64,000 nt of DNA from Octopus sinensis (lineage: Eukaryota), in assembly GCF_006345805.1 (NCBI RefSeq), contig NC_042998.1, forward strand, positions 94,612,001 to 94,676,000. The letters run 5' to 3'. The position numbers were made by a program, and so were the translations under genes. Within the stretch, counting starts at the first letter, position 1. Every line of letters starts with the position of its first letter. Below are positions 23,851 through 37,268 of this stretch, in pieces. The notes under the pieces are model-generated. The model was not told the origin of the DNA and searched no databases. It saw nothing but the letters and a program-made list of their open reading frames with translations.

Positions 23851-25349
23851 AGAGTAGGTAAAAATTATGCCAGTCACTATCGAGAAAGGGTTGTGATGAG
23901 AGGAATTGGTTTGCGATCTGACAATTACAGTTTGTGTAAAAAGGAGGAGGATAGAAATAAAAATGAGGCATAGTTGCAAAATTGTTTACATTTCATAATT
24001 TATGGATTGTGTAATATCCCATCAGCCTGTCTGATGCTGTAGTTAACATCCCTCTTACTTTACTTTTGTCTCTCAATCATTCTCATTCCATGTCTTCTCT
24101 TTCTATCAATTTCCCTATCCCTACCTTTAATCTTTCTCTTGCTCCCTTTCTCTGTCCTTCCATCTCTCTTGTCCCCTCTCCACCAACTCTTATACGCTCC
24201 CTGTTCCGCCTCTACTTCCCTGATCCACCAGCCCACTTTACACACACACACACACACACTTTGTCCTGTCCTTCCCTTTCCAATCTCCCAAACCAGTTTG
24301 TTTATAGCACCATAAGCTCCAAGATAAACAATCCTGGACTCCATATCATTGCCATTCACAATCACCTCATCCTTTGACCAATCACAGTTCCCATCATATC
24401 AATGGAATTCCTCATATACATCTAAACAATCCGTTCAACCCTTTTCCCAAACACTTTTTGTGCATGTGTGTGTGTGTGTGCGCACGCCTGCATGCATACA
24501 TTCTCATTTGTATATACATGCATGCTCATGTATGTATATTCATGCATCCATGTGTGACAGCTCTCTATTCACACTTACTTTTGCCTTTCTTACCTTTTTT
24601 TACTCCTATTCATTCTTTTCTTTCTCTCTCTTTCTCTCACTCCCCCCTTTGCTCTCACATACTGTCCCTTCTTTCACCATTTCCCTATTTATTCCTCATT
24701 AGTCTCTACTCCCCTCCTCACCACACAATCATTTTAGCTTCTATATTCTATATAACAGAGAAAAACATAATATAACGTTTAACAAAGAAATTAATTTTTT
24801 CAAATACATTCAAGAAAAATAGATTTTAAAGAGAAAAAACTTTTGTTTGTTTTTTTTTTTAAACATGTAAACAAAATCTGTGTATGTGTGTGCATGTACA
24901 TATATATGCACACACATGCATCAACATAAACATACTTTAAAAATTTTATTGAATGTGAAAAATAAAAGGGACATCCCCATTCCGACCCTTGTTTTATGAG
25001 AACCTGCCAAAACTCTTCATTGTCTCATTGAATGCTTTTGTTTTATTTTTATTGTTTTTTTTTTTTGTTTTACCCTTTGTTTCAGTTTTTCCCAAATAAT
25101 TATTACATAGCGGAACCAGTAACTGTAGTTATTCCTTGTCTTAGTTCCCAACTGCTGTACATCTCTGTATTCTTTGAATCTTAGAACTTTGCCAAACTAC
25201 GTGTTCTCTGCATTCAATTACTCCTCCAACACTTTTTTTTTTCCTTATGTTCTTAATTCCATAGATTTAAAATGAATTTATTAAAAAAACTATCAGGATT
25301 GATATAATCAATTTGCCATCACCTCAAAATTTCAAGCCTTATGCTTAAT

Positions 25350-25780
25350 GCTGCATAGAGCTGGCTGAATTATTAGCATACCAGACAAAATACTTTGTGG
25401 CATTTCTTCTGGCCTTCTGTTCTGAGTTCAAATTCCACTGAGGTCAGCTTCGTTTTTCATCCTTTTGGGGTTGATTCAATGAAGTAACTGAGCAGCAGGG
25501 TTGATGTAACTGACTAGTTACATCAAAACTTTCAGGCCATGGGGGCTATAGAAGAAAGGATTATTATTATTAAGGTGGCAAGCTGGCAGAATCATTAGCT
25601 TGGCAGACAAAATGCTTAGCAACATTTTGTCCATCTTTAAGTTCTGAGTTCAAATTCTACAGAGGTCAACTTTGCCTTTCAAATCCTTTCAGGGTTGATA
25701 AAATAAGTATAAAATGATATAATTAACTTACCCACTCCTTTGAAATTGCTGGCCTTGTGCCAAAATTTGAATCCATTATT
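25350..25780 (+). mobile_element. Two head-to-tail SINE family B copies joined by (ATT)n
   Basis: gagctggctgaattattag...gagttcaaattcc and ggcaagctggcagaatcattag...gagttcaaattct. Confidence 0.75.
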
Positions 25781-26339
25781 ATTATTGTATGAGAGAGCAG
25801 CACATGCTATTAAGTTACACAAAGCCCATGACTACTTATTTGATAAGGGTACACCTAGCACATGCATCACAACTATATGTGCATGACATGGTAATCCAAA
25901 TGAAGATAAAAAAAAGCACATGGCTTTGCAGATGTGGTCCAGTTAGAATTTTCTTCAGGTCGAGTAGCCCATCCCACTCAAAAGGTCCCTGAATAAGCTT
26001 TAAGGATGATGAACAAAATACACATCTTTTCAGAGGTTAATTATTCAAATCCCAAAGAATTCTTCGCAACACATGGGTTATGATGCTCTCCCATTACTTC
26101 TGCTTAATCAGAGATGCACATATTGTCAACCACTAAGGAACATGCTCAACTCGTTAAGGTTAAGACTGACAAGCAAATCAGAATATTTGTTGTAGCCCAT
26201 TTTTTAATTCCAAAACAAAACATGTACATGGTAGCACTTCCAATCATTTAAGATCAAAAGCCACAAGAGCCATTGCCTGCTACTGCATCAGGGCATTTAT
26301 TATTATCATTATTATTATTATTTAAGCTACTAAGCATGT

Positions 26340-26695
26340 GAAGGCACATGGCTCAGTGGTTAGAGTGTTGAGCTTACGATTGTGAGGTTGTGAGTTCGAT
26401 TCCCGGACCAGGCTGCATGTTGTGTTCTTGAGCAAGACACTATTTCACGTTGCTCCATTTCACTCAGCTGTTGAAATGAGCTGTTACATCACTGGTGCCA
26501 AGTTGTATCAGCCTTTGCCTTTCCCTGGGATAACATCGGTGGCATGGAGAAGGGAGGTTGGTAACCATGGGTGACTGCTGGTCTTCCATAAAAATAACCC
26601 TTGGTTGTGTGTTTGCCGATAAGGTGACTTTCCGCCCAGACTTGTAACCCACTGGGGAACCTCTTGGGTGCACCCATGGTTATTCATGACTGACA
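26340..26695 (+). mobile_element. tRNA-headed SINE with a well-preserved Pol III head
   Basis: GGCTCAGTGGTTAG (A box) and GAGTTCGATTCCC (B box), followed by a non-tRNA body. Confidence 0.75.
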
Positions 26696-26984
26696 AGCTG
26701 ACAAAAACATTGGAACATCAGAAGCAATGCTTTGTGGCATATGTTTCAGCACTTTACATTCAGTTCAGATCCCACAAAGATCAGCTTTGCTCTTCAGCTC
26801 TAATGAGTTGATAAGATAATGTACCAGTCAAGTATGGGGTGGATGATATTGACTAACCCCTCTTCCTTTAGTGTGTGTGTTTGGCAGGTCAATAAAGATA
26901 GAGAACCAGTCTTATAGTGGGGTTGATATCAGCTGTTCCCTCAACCAATTGTGTCACCTTGTGCTTTTGTTAAAAGTCCTTGAT

Positions 26985-27170
26985 ATTGGTTTCAAATTTT
27001 GGAACAAGGCCAAAATGTTCAGAGGAGGGACAAGTCAATTACATTGACCCTGAAAGGATGAAAGCCAAAGGCTGACTTTGGCAAAATTTTAACTCAGAAC
27101 ATAAAGACAGGTAAAATGTCAATAAGAGTTTTACCTGATCTGATAATGATTCTACCAGCTCATCACCTTA
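26985..27170 (-). mobile_element. SINE family B copy
   Basis: ggtttcaaattttggaacaaggcc...aatgattctaccagctcatcacctta. Confidence 0.7.
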
Positions 27171-27779
27171 ATATTGGTTCATATTTCTGTGTTCAGTGTT
27201 GGTGTTGACAACTTGAAAATTCAAATGTCTCTTCCCATCATGCATCATTCAAAATATTTCTCTTAGAACATTACCATTTCCAAGTGATGCTGATGTTTAT
27301 CTCTTGTTGTTGCTTGTTATTATTTATAGTTGTTTGAAGTAGACGGGAAGCTATTTTTTCAGAATTAGCTTCAGAGCCATAAATAACTATTATTTGTACC
27401 ACACTCATCGTCCTCTATCACATTTTTGAATACTTGGCAATATAATGGTCTCCAGGTATAGCACCATTGATAATAAAACAATCATTCATTTGCTTCTTTA
27501 TTGACAATCAAATCAGGTTTTATGTGTTTCATGTATGACTCAGTCTGTTTATATGTTAACATCACAAGAATTTTCTTTTTCTCTTTCTTTTTTTTTGCCA
27601 TTCATTCTGCATCCTAGTGCCCTTTTGATTTCACGATGGTATCCTTCATAAACCCATATTGTCAGCCTAGATTCCAATGGTGATTGGAATATACTCTGTC
27701 TTAGTAGCTTTTTTAATACTTCCTTGCAAGCATTCAAGTATTTTGTAACCTCTGACTTCGGCAAAAGTCTCTCATGTCT

Positions 27780-28030
27780 GTCATAGGCCCTAGGACTCAA
27801 GGGTGGAGAACCTGATTTCCAGGGCATATAAGTGATTAAGATCACAACAGTTCCTCCTGGATGGGACACTAGTCCATCATAATTAACTTCCCACTCAAGG
27901 TTGAGTGGACTAGAGCAACAGGAAATAAAAGTATTTTGCTCTAAAACACAATGCATCGCCCAGCCTGGGAATCAAAACCACAATCTTATGATTGTGAGTC
28001 TAACACCCTAACCACTACACTGCATTCCTT
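27780..28030 (-). mobile_element. tRNA-headed SINE inserted into the R4-type relic
   Basis: Reverse strand gtagtggttagggtgttagactcacaatc...gattcccagg. Confidence 0.65.
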
Positions 28031-29039
28031 CACAAAAGTCTCTTAGAAGTAAATACCATTCTTCACTGAGTTTTGCATTGAGTGTTAGATTTTGAGCTGC
28101 TTCCAGAAAGTTGTGTTTCCTTCTTCAAATCTCCTTTGCATAATCAATTTCAGGATTTCTTTCTCTTAAAACTTTTGTTTCTCTTTGAAAGTATCCATGA
28201 AGTGGCATGTTTTCTTTTATCTCTAAACCCTTTTTTTTTTTGTTTCTAATTGTTCTTCATATTCTACATTATGTCTCTGTCTAGATCAACAGCAGGTGCC
28301 ACATACACACATGTAACATTTCTTTATTTTTTATATATAAATATATAATAAATCTAGGTTTCTTCTTTTATTCACTGTACATTTTTTTTTAACATTTATT
28401 AAACTCCCTCCAGATTTTCTTCTCATTTCAATGAAGTCTTACAAAAGGAATCATGGATGAAGACAGCTTCCATACTTAGCTATGATAACTCTAGTAACCC
28501 CATCTATACTATCTAACTATTCAATTTTACTTTTGACTAAATAATAATTTTATTATATCGCACAGTCCTGTTTTTGAATGGACCAAGTCTTCAAGCATTC
28601 AACTCTGTTTTGAAAATAGTGTTAACCCCTACCTTCTCTGTATATATAAAAGCTATCCTCTCAACATCACTTATTTGTTTTCGTGGGTGTGTATACTTCA
28701 TGACCATTTTACATGTTTTCATTGTTAGCCTAGCACATTGTTTAATGTCAGTTTCCATTCTAATATCTTCAGTGCAGGCTTCAGTAGCTTGAATAAGAGT
28801 TTGATTGTTCTTCATCTTGATCAAAGATCTTAAGATTATTCATGAACAAAAGGTGACAGCTCAGAGCTATCCTTTCAAAGTTTATATCCAATTCTACTAT
28901 CATATAAAGTCATTGATAATGGAATTAAGGCAAATGAGGAGAAAAGCAGTTTCACTGTGACGTTATGACTCTCTTTGACAGATCCAATGTACTCATTATC
29001 TGCCGCCACCATGACATACTTTATGATGTTGAGTCAATT

Positions 29040-29210
29040 TGGCTGCTAGAAATAGCAACCAAGTCTCTTGAATCGCACACTGCTGTCTTCAAAAGAAAAA
29101 CCAACTGTAGGATATATTAGATAATGTAGCCTTAATAAATAAGATGGTCACATCAAGAATGCTTTTTGATCATTGGTCTGTTCAATCAGAGTTGACCTGG
29201 GGTTAAACAC
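29040..29210 (+). mobile_element. Short interspersed repeat family C (gctagaaatagc...gttgacctggggctaaac)
   Basis: Related segments at about 480-640, 1140-1250, 14870-15060 (reverse) and 52043-52220. Confidence 0.55.
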
Positions 29211-30776
29211 CATCTTGATAACTGAATTGTTGGTAATGCCAAGCATTTTGAGGTTGTCTGTAATCCAGGAGTATGGAATTATATATCATGCTTTCTTAAG
29301 AGTCAATCCCAGTCTATAGCTTTGTTAGTCATATATTTCTCATCACAACTGTGCCAATTAAAGGATGGACTAATGTTTTAACTACAAATTTTTCCATAAA
29401 GCAATTCATACGTTTTGAGTTGCTAATTGCCAGTTATATGTTCTTTACGTACATTCTTCATTATCAGAGTGGTTCTTTTCTGTAGAGTAGTTCTATTAGG
29501 CACTTAGTTTCCATTCACACTATGTTTGTTTGCAAAAACCATCTGAAGATGAAATATTTCATCTAATACCTTTGTATACCACCAGATCCATGAACTTTCC
29601 ATTTAGATATATCTTTTACTCTTCTTGCTAGAGTGTACTCACTTGTCTTTTGACAGACTTTATCCATCATGCATTATTGTTGTTTCCCCATAATTCTAAC
29701 CAGAGCACTGAGCTCATTTGAAGAAACAATATCCTGAAGAATTGATTTTAAGAATATATATTACAGAAATGTATTTTTGGCCAAGATGGCTGATTTCTAT
29801 AAGGGAGGGTAATAGTTAACTGAAACAATTCAATCTGCTGCAGTTAAATGTTATCAACTGCGTGAAGAGAACAATCTACTCAGTTCGAACTGTATTATTC
29901 TCTTAGAATATTTCATCACCTTGTTGACTTCAGCTATCAGTCACAGCTTGATTTCTTCCATTGCAAGTAGGAAAACCTTTTCTATTTGTTGTTATATTTT
30001 GCCTCTTATAATGTACATTATTCAGCATACTTTTAAACCCCTACCAAACTCATACCATCACTCACTTCTATTAAGATTTTCCAAAGTATTTTTATGACAT
30101 TTTCCAGTCTTCTCTTCCACCTTGCCAAATTTCATTCTTTCCTGTTTCACATCACTCTACTCAGCAAGGCAAACCAAAATTCAAATCATCCACTTAGTAT
30201 TTGTGATACTCTGTGTTAGAAAGTGTGTCGGCCTTGAGAGTTAATGTATTGGAGGCTAAGCAGTTCCTGCAGGTTTCTCTTTGTTATATTTACCCTAATT
30301 TTCTAGTTCCTCCTCCTCTTGTTTCTGATGTCTCTATGCCAATCTCAATATGGTTGTCAATATTTAAAAAATTATCCGGTGTATTTAATGATTCACTTGT
30401 TTTGTCTAAATCTGGAGCTTGATTTTGCTGGGAATTTTTTGTTCTTGCATCTACATTTGTGTCATTTGATAGCTGTCTTAATTATATGAACATGATTTTT
30501 TCTTGTAAATCTAGTGTTGTCCTAAGATCTCCTTTTCCTTATAATTAGCCTTGTATAGAACATTTAATGGCTCTCTAACTCCAATCATTTTACCATGTAT
30601 GTATGCATATATATATATATATATATATACCATTTTATTTTATACTCTATATAACTGTCTCTCAAGGTGAGATACATGCTCTACTAATGGTGCATTGGTA
30701 ACAAGTAAATAAAAACTTGCAATGAAATATTAATTAAAGCTTCTTTTGTTTGTGTGTGTGTATCACCCAGTACACT

Positions 30777-30922
30777 CTATAATGTGGTTGATGTTTGGAA
30801 GGGCATCCAGCCAGAAAACATTCCAAAGCAGACATTGGAGCTTGGCACAGTCCTTTGTCTCGCCGGCTCCTGTCAAACTGTCCAACTCCTGTTAGCATGG
30901 AAAACAGACATTAAATCATGAC
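30777..30922 (+). mobile_element. RTE LINE 3' fragment
   Basis: gaagggcatccagcc...gcatggaaaacagacattaaatcatgac. Confidence 0.65.
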
Positions 30923-31596
30923 TGTGTTCAGTTCATTTATGGTGAGCTCTGGAACAAAAAGAGTTGAGAAACACTTCTATTGTATACATTGCTTTGTCTG
31001 TCAGTCAGCATTATCACAAGGTTGTTCTTGTCTCCCTTCAGACTTGGTCAAATGTGATATTTTCACTTGCACCATTTTTTAAATCCACAATTAATGATTG
31101 ACGTTAGCTGACTCCATTTTTTTTTACAAGGATTTTCCTTCCTTCCAGGAGCTTTTATCTTAACTGCCACCCGAAATGATTGCTGCTGGAACTTTGCTTT
31201 GCAGATCCCAGCATTTTAATTGACATCACTTACCTTCCAGTAATTTAGTTGTGTTCCATATTAACCTGTTATTTCTTTTCTATTTCTTATGTTTTTAGAA
31301 TCTATTTTTATTTAGTTTCAAATAAAATATCTAAGTCCGTAAAATGTTTATATTGTTGGAGAATATATAGTCTACATCATGTCTAAGACTAATATGATTA
31401 CTGTTAGTGTATGTTGATGTACATTATTGTGAAGTTACTGTTAAAATATGTTGCTTAGAGGGATATTAGTTCTATAATCAGTGTTTCACCTGCTGTTTAC
31501 TAAAGTTGCTTCATTTTTCAATTGCTGTTATTTTCCTCTGGTTTTTTGGTTATTTTTCATGTTCACTTGTTGTGGTCCTCATTATTATTATTATTA

Positions 31597-32027
31597 GGAT
31601 GGTGAGCTGGCAGAATTGTTAGTTTGCCGGACAAAACGCTTAGCAGCATTTCGTTCGTCCTTGTGTTTTGAGTTCAAATTCCTCTGAGGTTGACTTTGCC
31701 TGTTATCCTTTCGGGGTCTAGGAAATAAGTACCAGTTGAGTACTGGGGTCAATGTAATCGACTATCCCCCCTCCCTCAAATTTAAAGCCTTGTGCTTACT
31801 GTAGAAAGGATTATTACTATTGTTATTAAAGGCTGCGAGCTGGCAGAATCATTCACACTGGGTGAAATGCTTAGCGGTATTCTGCCCATCACTACATCCC
31901 GAGTTCAAATTCTGTTGAGATTAACTTTGCCTTTCATCCTTTCAGGGTTAATGTAATCAACTCATCCCCACCTCACCCAAGCTGCCCTTGTGGCAAAAAT
32001 TGGAAATAATAATAATAATTATTATTA

Positions 32028-32069
<42 letters not shown>

Positions 32070-33200
32070 TATTATTATTATTATTATTATTATTAAGGCA
32101 GCAAGTTGGGAGAATTGTTAGCGTGCCAGGCAAAATCCTAAGTAGCATCTCTTCAGACTTTATGTTCTCAGTTCAAATTCTGCCAAGGTTGACTTTACGT
32201 TTTATTCTTTTAAAGTTGATAAAATAAAGTACCAATTGATCATTGGGATTGGTGTAATTGACTAACCCCACTTCCTGAAAATTTCAGGCCCTGCATCTAT
32301 TACAGAGAGAATTATTTTTAAGAGGGCAATCTGGCAGAAACATTATCATGTTGGACAAAATTCTTAGTGGAATTTTGCTTTTTACCTTCTGGGATCAGAT
32401 TCTATCAAGGATGCAAACATTGAGGTGCAATCCAAACATCTCATACCCATGACAAAATGTATTTTTGCTTCATAAAGAAGTTTTGGTTCTTATTATTATT
32501 ACTATTTTCAAATTCTGTTATGGTTGTCTTTGCTTTTCATCCTTTCGGGGTTAATGATAAAATTAAGTACCAGTGAAACACAGGGGTCAATGTAATCAAC
32601 TATCCCTTTCCCCCAAATTTCAGGCCTTGTGCCTATAGTAGAAAGGATTATTACCTTCGCCTTAGTGAAAGCAGAGGTGTTTTCAGTCATCAAGATATCT
32701 CAAGAACCACCAGATGGATTTGGATGAAACTTTCAGGGATGTTTGGCCTCGTAACTAGCATGAACTGATTAGATTTTGGGATTGATCTGGTACTGGACAA
32801 GGATTCTGGATTATTTTTCCGGTTTTTTTCTTTTACTTAATTTTTGAGAGTGGTCTGGTTCATTTTTAGTATTCTTGTTTGTGAGAGCATTCGAGTTTAT
32901 TTCAGATATTCTTATTTTAAAAATCATCTCTGGCTAATCGTTGAGAGGACATTGGTGTTGCTTTGGCGGAGGTTTGCGCTCTCTGGGTGCTCTTGTTATT
33001 ATTTCTATTATTAAGGTGGTGAGCTGGCAGAATTGTTAGCATGCCAGGCACGTTCAGAGTTCAAATTCCACCAAGGTCACCCTGGCCTTTCATTCTTTTG
33101 GGGACGATTAAATAAGTACCAGTTGAACCCTGGGATTTGATGTAATTGACTTCCTTCTCCTAAAATAGCTGGTCTCGTGCTGGAATTCGAAATTATTATT
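31597..33200 (+). mobile_element. Array of about six co-oriented SINE family B copies separated by (ATT)n
   Basis: Copies start near 31597, 31829, 32095, 32320 (partial), 32500 (5'-truncated) and 33012. An (AAT/ATT)n tract of about 90 bp lies at 32005-32095. Confidence 0.8.
32651..32997 (+). mobile_element. Helentron-like non-autonomous element (HINE/DINE-1 type)
   Basis: 5' ttacCCTTCGCC-type start (CCTTCGCC at 32654-32661); subterminal inverted GGCGGAGG at 32965-32972; 3' hairpin GCGCTC-TCT-GGGTGC at 32976-32990; T-rich ends; internal ggatttggatgaaactttcagg. Confidence 0.6.
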
Positions 33201-33479
33201 ATTGCAGTCTGTTTATACATGCCTGTAAGTTTTCATGATTACAACAGAGAGAAGCAGCATGACAAACTACTGTTGTTTTGGGGTTATGTACCAGTAATGT
33301 ACTCAGGTCAATTTGATCAACTATACCCCTTGATCTTTCCTAACATGTGGAGCTTCTTCCACCACTACATCCTTCCCCCCTTGCTCTCTCTCCTACTGAA
33401 GTAGCCATGTATCAAAACCACCTCCCTCAATACTAATTGCTCTCTCAGTTGAAGAATCTTGTCTTGTAAGTTATTTGGT

Positions 33480-33672
33480 GACCTCACTGCTGCTGGTGCC
33501 TCTAAAAGGCACTCAATACACACTAAGGTGGTTGATGTTAAGAAGGGTATCCAGCCATTAGAAACATGCCAAAGCCGACAGTCAAGCTTGGTGCCGTCTT
33601 TTGACTTGCCAGCTCCTGTCAAACCAGCCAACCCATGACAACAAGGAAAATGGATATTAAATGATGATGATG
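33480..33672 (+). mobile_element. RTE LINE 3' fragment
   Basis: Ends ggaaaatggatattaaatgatgatgatga. Confidence 0.65.
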
Positions 33673-34038
33673 ATAAATGGCAAATCATACTGAACAGAGA
33701 TGGTAACCTTTTGGTGAACTAAGTTTGCTAGCCAGTTTCTATAATCCTAATTGAAACCATTTCAGTTTACATAGCTAATGTCTCTAAGAGAGAAATGACC
33801 ATGACAGCATACGATTACCTCTCTTCTCTAAAATCCTTTGTCTTAATGACACCTAAAAGAAACAATTGTTGCTTTTTTTTTTTTTTTAATATCTGTTATC
33901 CTTCCACCAGTTATAAAAGCAAAAATAAATACAATCTAACAAGTTATTGTTGCCAAAGCCTATTAATGAGAAATCTGACAAACTCAGCTATTTTACTCAT
34001 TGCTTCTTTTCCAAACCATAATTCCACCCAAGCCTCTT

Positions 34039-34090
<52 letters not shown>

Positions 34091-34492
34091 AGGTGTGTGT
34101 GAGCATGCATGTATATTGCATATATTAACTAATTCTATATGATTGCCTATTAAAAGTCTCACTTTTCTGAACTGTTTATTTTTTGCCTTTGTTTTTTTGT
34201 TTTTTTATTATTATGAAAATATTGGAATTGTGTGAGATGTATTTATTTATTAATGTTTTTTTTCTCTTCAGTTTAATTCCTCAATAATTTTAAGCATTAT
34301 TTTATTTATTGTTATAAATAAATTTTTGACATTCTAATTAACATTATATATAACTGTCAAGGGACTTTGGGGATGCTTATAGCTCATCATAACATATTTT
34401 GAGTGTGTCATTTTAGAAATTGTAAAGAATTTTTAATTGTGGAGGCACATATTAGAGCTCTTTTATTCTCTCACCTTCTCAGCTCCTTCACC

Positions 34493-34529
<37 letters not shown>

Positions 34530-34860
34530 ATATATATATATATATATAATATATATAAAAAATCTCATCTCCTACTTCACTTTCTCTCTGTCACCCTCTC
34601 CTTTTAGAACACTCTTGTGCTCTCTCTCTCTTATCCCATTTCATACTATCTTCATTCTTTTCTCTTCTATCTACAAACAAAACTATTTTACATTCCTTAT
34701 TGGTGCAAAACTTCTCATAGCAGGATATTGGTTTATTTGGAGGGATATAAGTCAACCTTGTTGTTATTATTGTGTATCTTTTATCTTTAACCCTAAATAT
34801 CATAGTGTTTAGAATCGATTAATTTCAAAACCAAAAATTAAACCATTGTTAATAATGTGT

Positions 34861-34891
<31 letters not shown>

Positions 34892-34992
34892 CATACATGT
34901 GTGCTTACATATAAATGCTATGTTCTGCACATACCTGTATGGAACATGGGTATTAAATGATAATGATAAATGTATATATATGTGTGTGTATG

Positions 34993-35046
<54 letters not shown>

Positions 35047-35099
35047 TATAATATGCACATAAGTGTGTAGTACATACTGAAAAGAAAGTTTTTTTAACT

Positions 35100-35910
35100 T
35101 TATCCAGTCAATATCTGAAGAAAGATGTTCTTAAATTTAAAATTATTATATATATAAAAAAAAATCCTAAATACTTAAATCTTTTAGAGAAAAAACACTC
35201 ATAATATATAATTTCTTTTACTGTTTACAGTTTCTTGAAACATACCTTTTTAAGATATCCCCAAAAATCTTAGTAAATCATGTCATAACCAAGTGAAAAG
35301 AGATCCCAATCTCTCCCTTACAGAGAAACACTCACAATGAGGATGGAAACAAATACATGTCACCCATATATTCGGCCAAATGATACTTTCCAGTCCTCTA
35401 CCAATCATCAAATCTCAGAAAAATAATTAAAGAATTACATATTATCTACAGTCACTGACAACTGCCAAGTCTTAAAAATATTTTTAACAAAGGTGAATTC
35501 AGGTCAGAAGAAGTAATGCAGGTAACAAACTGCGGAAACCTTTCTTGTGAGACTTGTGAAATAATTGAACAGGGCAAAACCAAAATATTTAAAAATGGAT
35601 AGGAATGGAAGGTTAATGCAAATGTGAATTGCAAAACAAAAAAATCTCATTTATTGCATCACACATTCACAATCCATTGAGAATTGTGACCAAACAGGAT
35701 AAAAATGAATACATCATGTTAGGGTACTTTAGCAACAAATCAAAGATTCATCTCTTAGAAATATTTTATATTGTGAACATCTAGACATCTATGCAAATAG
35801 AAAGTTCAAAATATATATATCTTTTTTTTTTTTTGGTTTTTGAAAGCAAGGGAAGAAAATTGTCAATTACAAAAGGCTAAACAATACGTAAGCCAAAACT
35901 AAACCAAAAA
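35100..35910 (+). pseudogene. Decayed Penelope-like element: GIY-YIG endonuclease region
   Basis: 35513-35816 reads VMQVTNCGNLSCETCEII...FKNG*EWKVNANVNCKTK/(frameshift)NLIYCIT...CDQTG*...VRVL*QQIKDSSLR...EHLDIYANRKFKIY, and IRKPKLN near 35900. This matches the PLE pattern C.xxC..C, NLIY.I.C, GQT, H.QQI, EHL, KP.LN. The 5' boundary is approximate. Confidence 0.7.
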
Positions 35911-36283
35911 TAGTCAACACTGCTACTAAAAACAGCTTCCTCCATACAGATGACCCTTTACCCATTATGAGCATATATTTACAAAAGATTCGTGTCATTC
36001 TGATTTTTTTTATATTTTGTATATAATTAGTAACTTTTTCAATTTCAAAAAATCTTTCTTCAGATATATGTGTATATATGTATACCTATATATATATATA
36101 TGTTTGACATAACATTGTTTTTGTTTTGATGCAAACTCATTTCCAATCCCTGTGAACTTCTTAACAATTGATGAAATCACTCTTTGACAGCCCACTCAGA
36201 GCAATGTGTGTATTCTATACCTCTTGTTTTCTCAAAGTATTTTTTGAGTGAATAGAATCTATTTTTGCTACAACTAATACTTA

Positions 36284-36315
<32 letters not shown>

Positions 36316-37186
36316 GTAATGGAGAACTTGATATTTCATATTTCCAAAACAATACATTGTCATTATAGCAATTTTGTTCTTAAATCTCTAAAGAGATGAC
36401 TATCTTCTTTTACTAATGGAATAGGTGTGAATACCTTTTCCTGTATAATATAACAATAAACCTTTTAGTTACAGTATACTTTGTCCATATCTGTTGAAAA
36501 TTTTGGTTACTGTTGATACAATATTGCCCACAGGTGTTTATTCAAGCTGTTGGTGAGAAAAAAAAATAGTTATAATAAAAAGAAAAAAAATGTTTTATTT
36601 AATGATGTGACCTTGTGCTTTGGCTAAAACAGTATCCTATGGATTTTATACTTGAATATATAGTAATATCACCTTATTAGTGTTACTCTATTGATAATAG
36701 ACCTTGGAGGTGAGACTTACTGATGTGATCCCCACCAATTCTCCTTACATTCATAGCATGACAAAATATTCATTAGAGTAATTTTGGTAATGTTGTAATT
36801 AATGAGATGTTGTATTTTTTAATTTCAGTTCCTTTTTCTTTCTTCCCCCAGCTTAGTACTATCATTTCCTGAAATGTTTCACTCAACCACAATAGAATAT
36901 GGCATAAATATAAATATTAAATTGTAGAACACTAAATGTTCCAGTCACATAACATTTGAAGTTACCATGTTTTACTTTATTATGTCAGTGTTCTTATTAT
37001 GCTATACTAACTTACAGCTAATTCCAAAAGAAATTTTAGGCTGCCTCTTAAAAAAATGTATGTTCTAAAAACAAAAACAAAAAAAAAGCCTATTGCTGTC
37101 TGATCTTTACCAATCATATTCGCAACTAGATGAAGAATAAGCCATTGTTCTCAAACTTCTATATAGAAGTTAATAACTTATAAATA

Positions 37187-37223
37187 ATATATATATATAC
37201 ATAAATATATATATATATGTATG

Positions 37224-37268
<45 letters not shown>

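Larger units (their letters stand above)
27560..30600 (-). mobile_element. Decayed R4/Dong-type non-LTR retrotransposon, interrupted by SINEs
   Basis: Minus-strand remnants: KWKVHGSGGIQRY*MK (cf. NWKAPGPDGIQGYWLK), LFMNNLKIF (cf. LLFMDDLKLY), TEDIRMETDIKQCARLTMKTCKMV (cf. S.DIGMEFG..KCA.L.MK.GK), RLH*NERRKSGRSLINV (cf. RLY.PRK.GGRGL), IPITIG. Many stops and frameshifts. Confidence 0.7.

Noticed and set aside
26340-26420. tRNA gene (also at 6389, 8707, 17871 and others)
   Set aside because: A and B boxes are present, but there is no closing acceptor stem and the sequence runs into shared SINE bodies.
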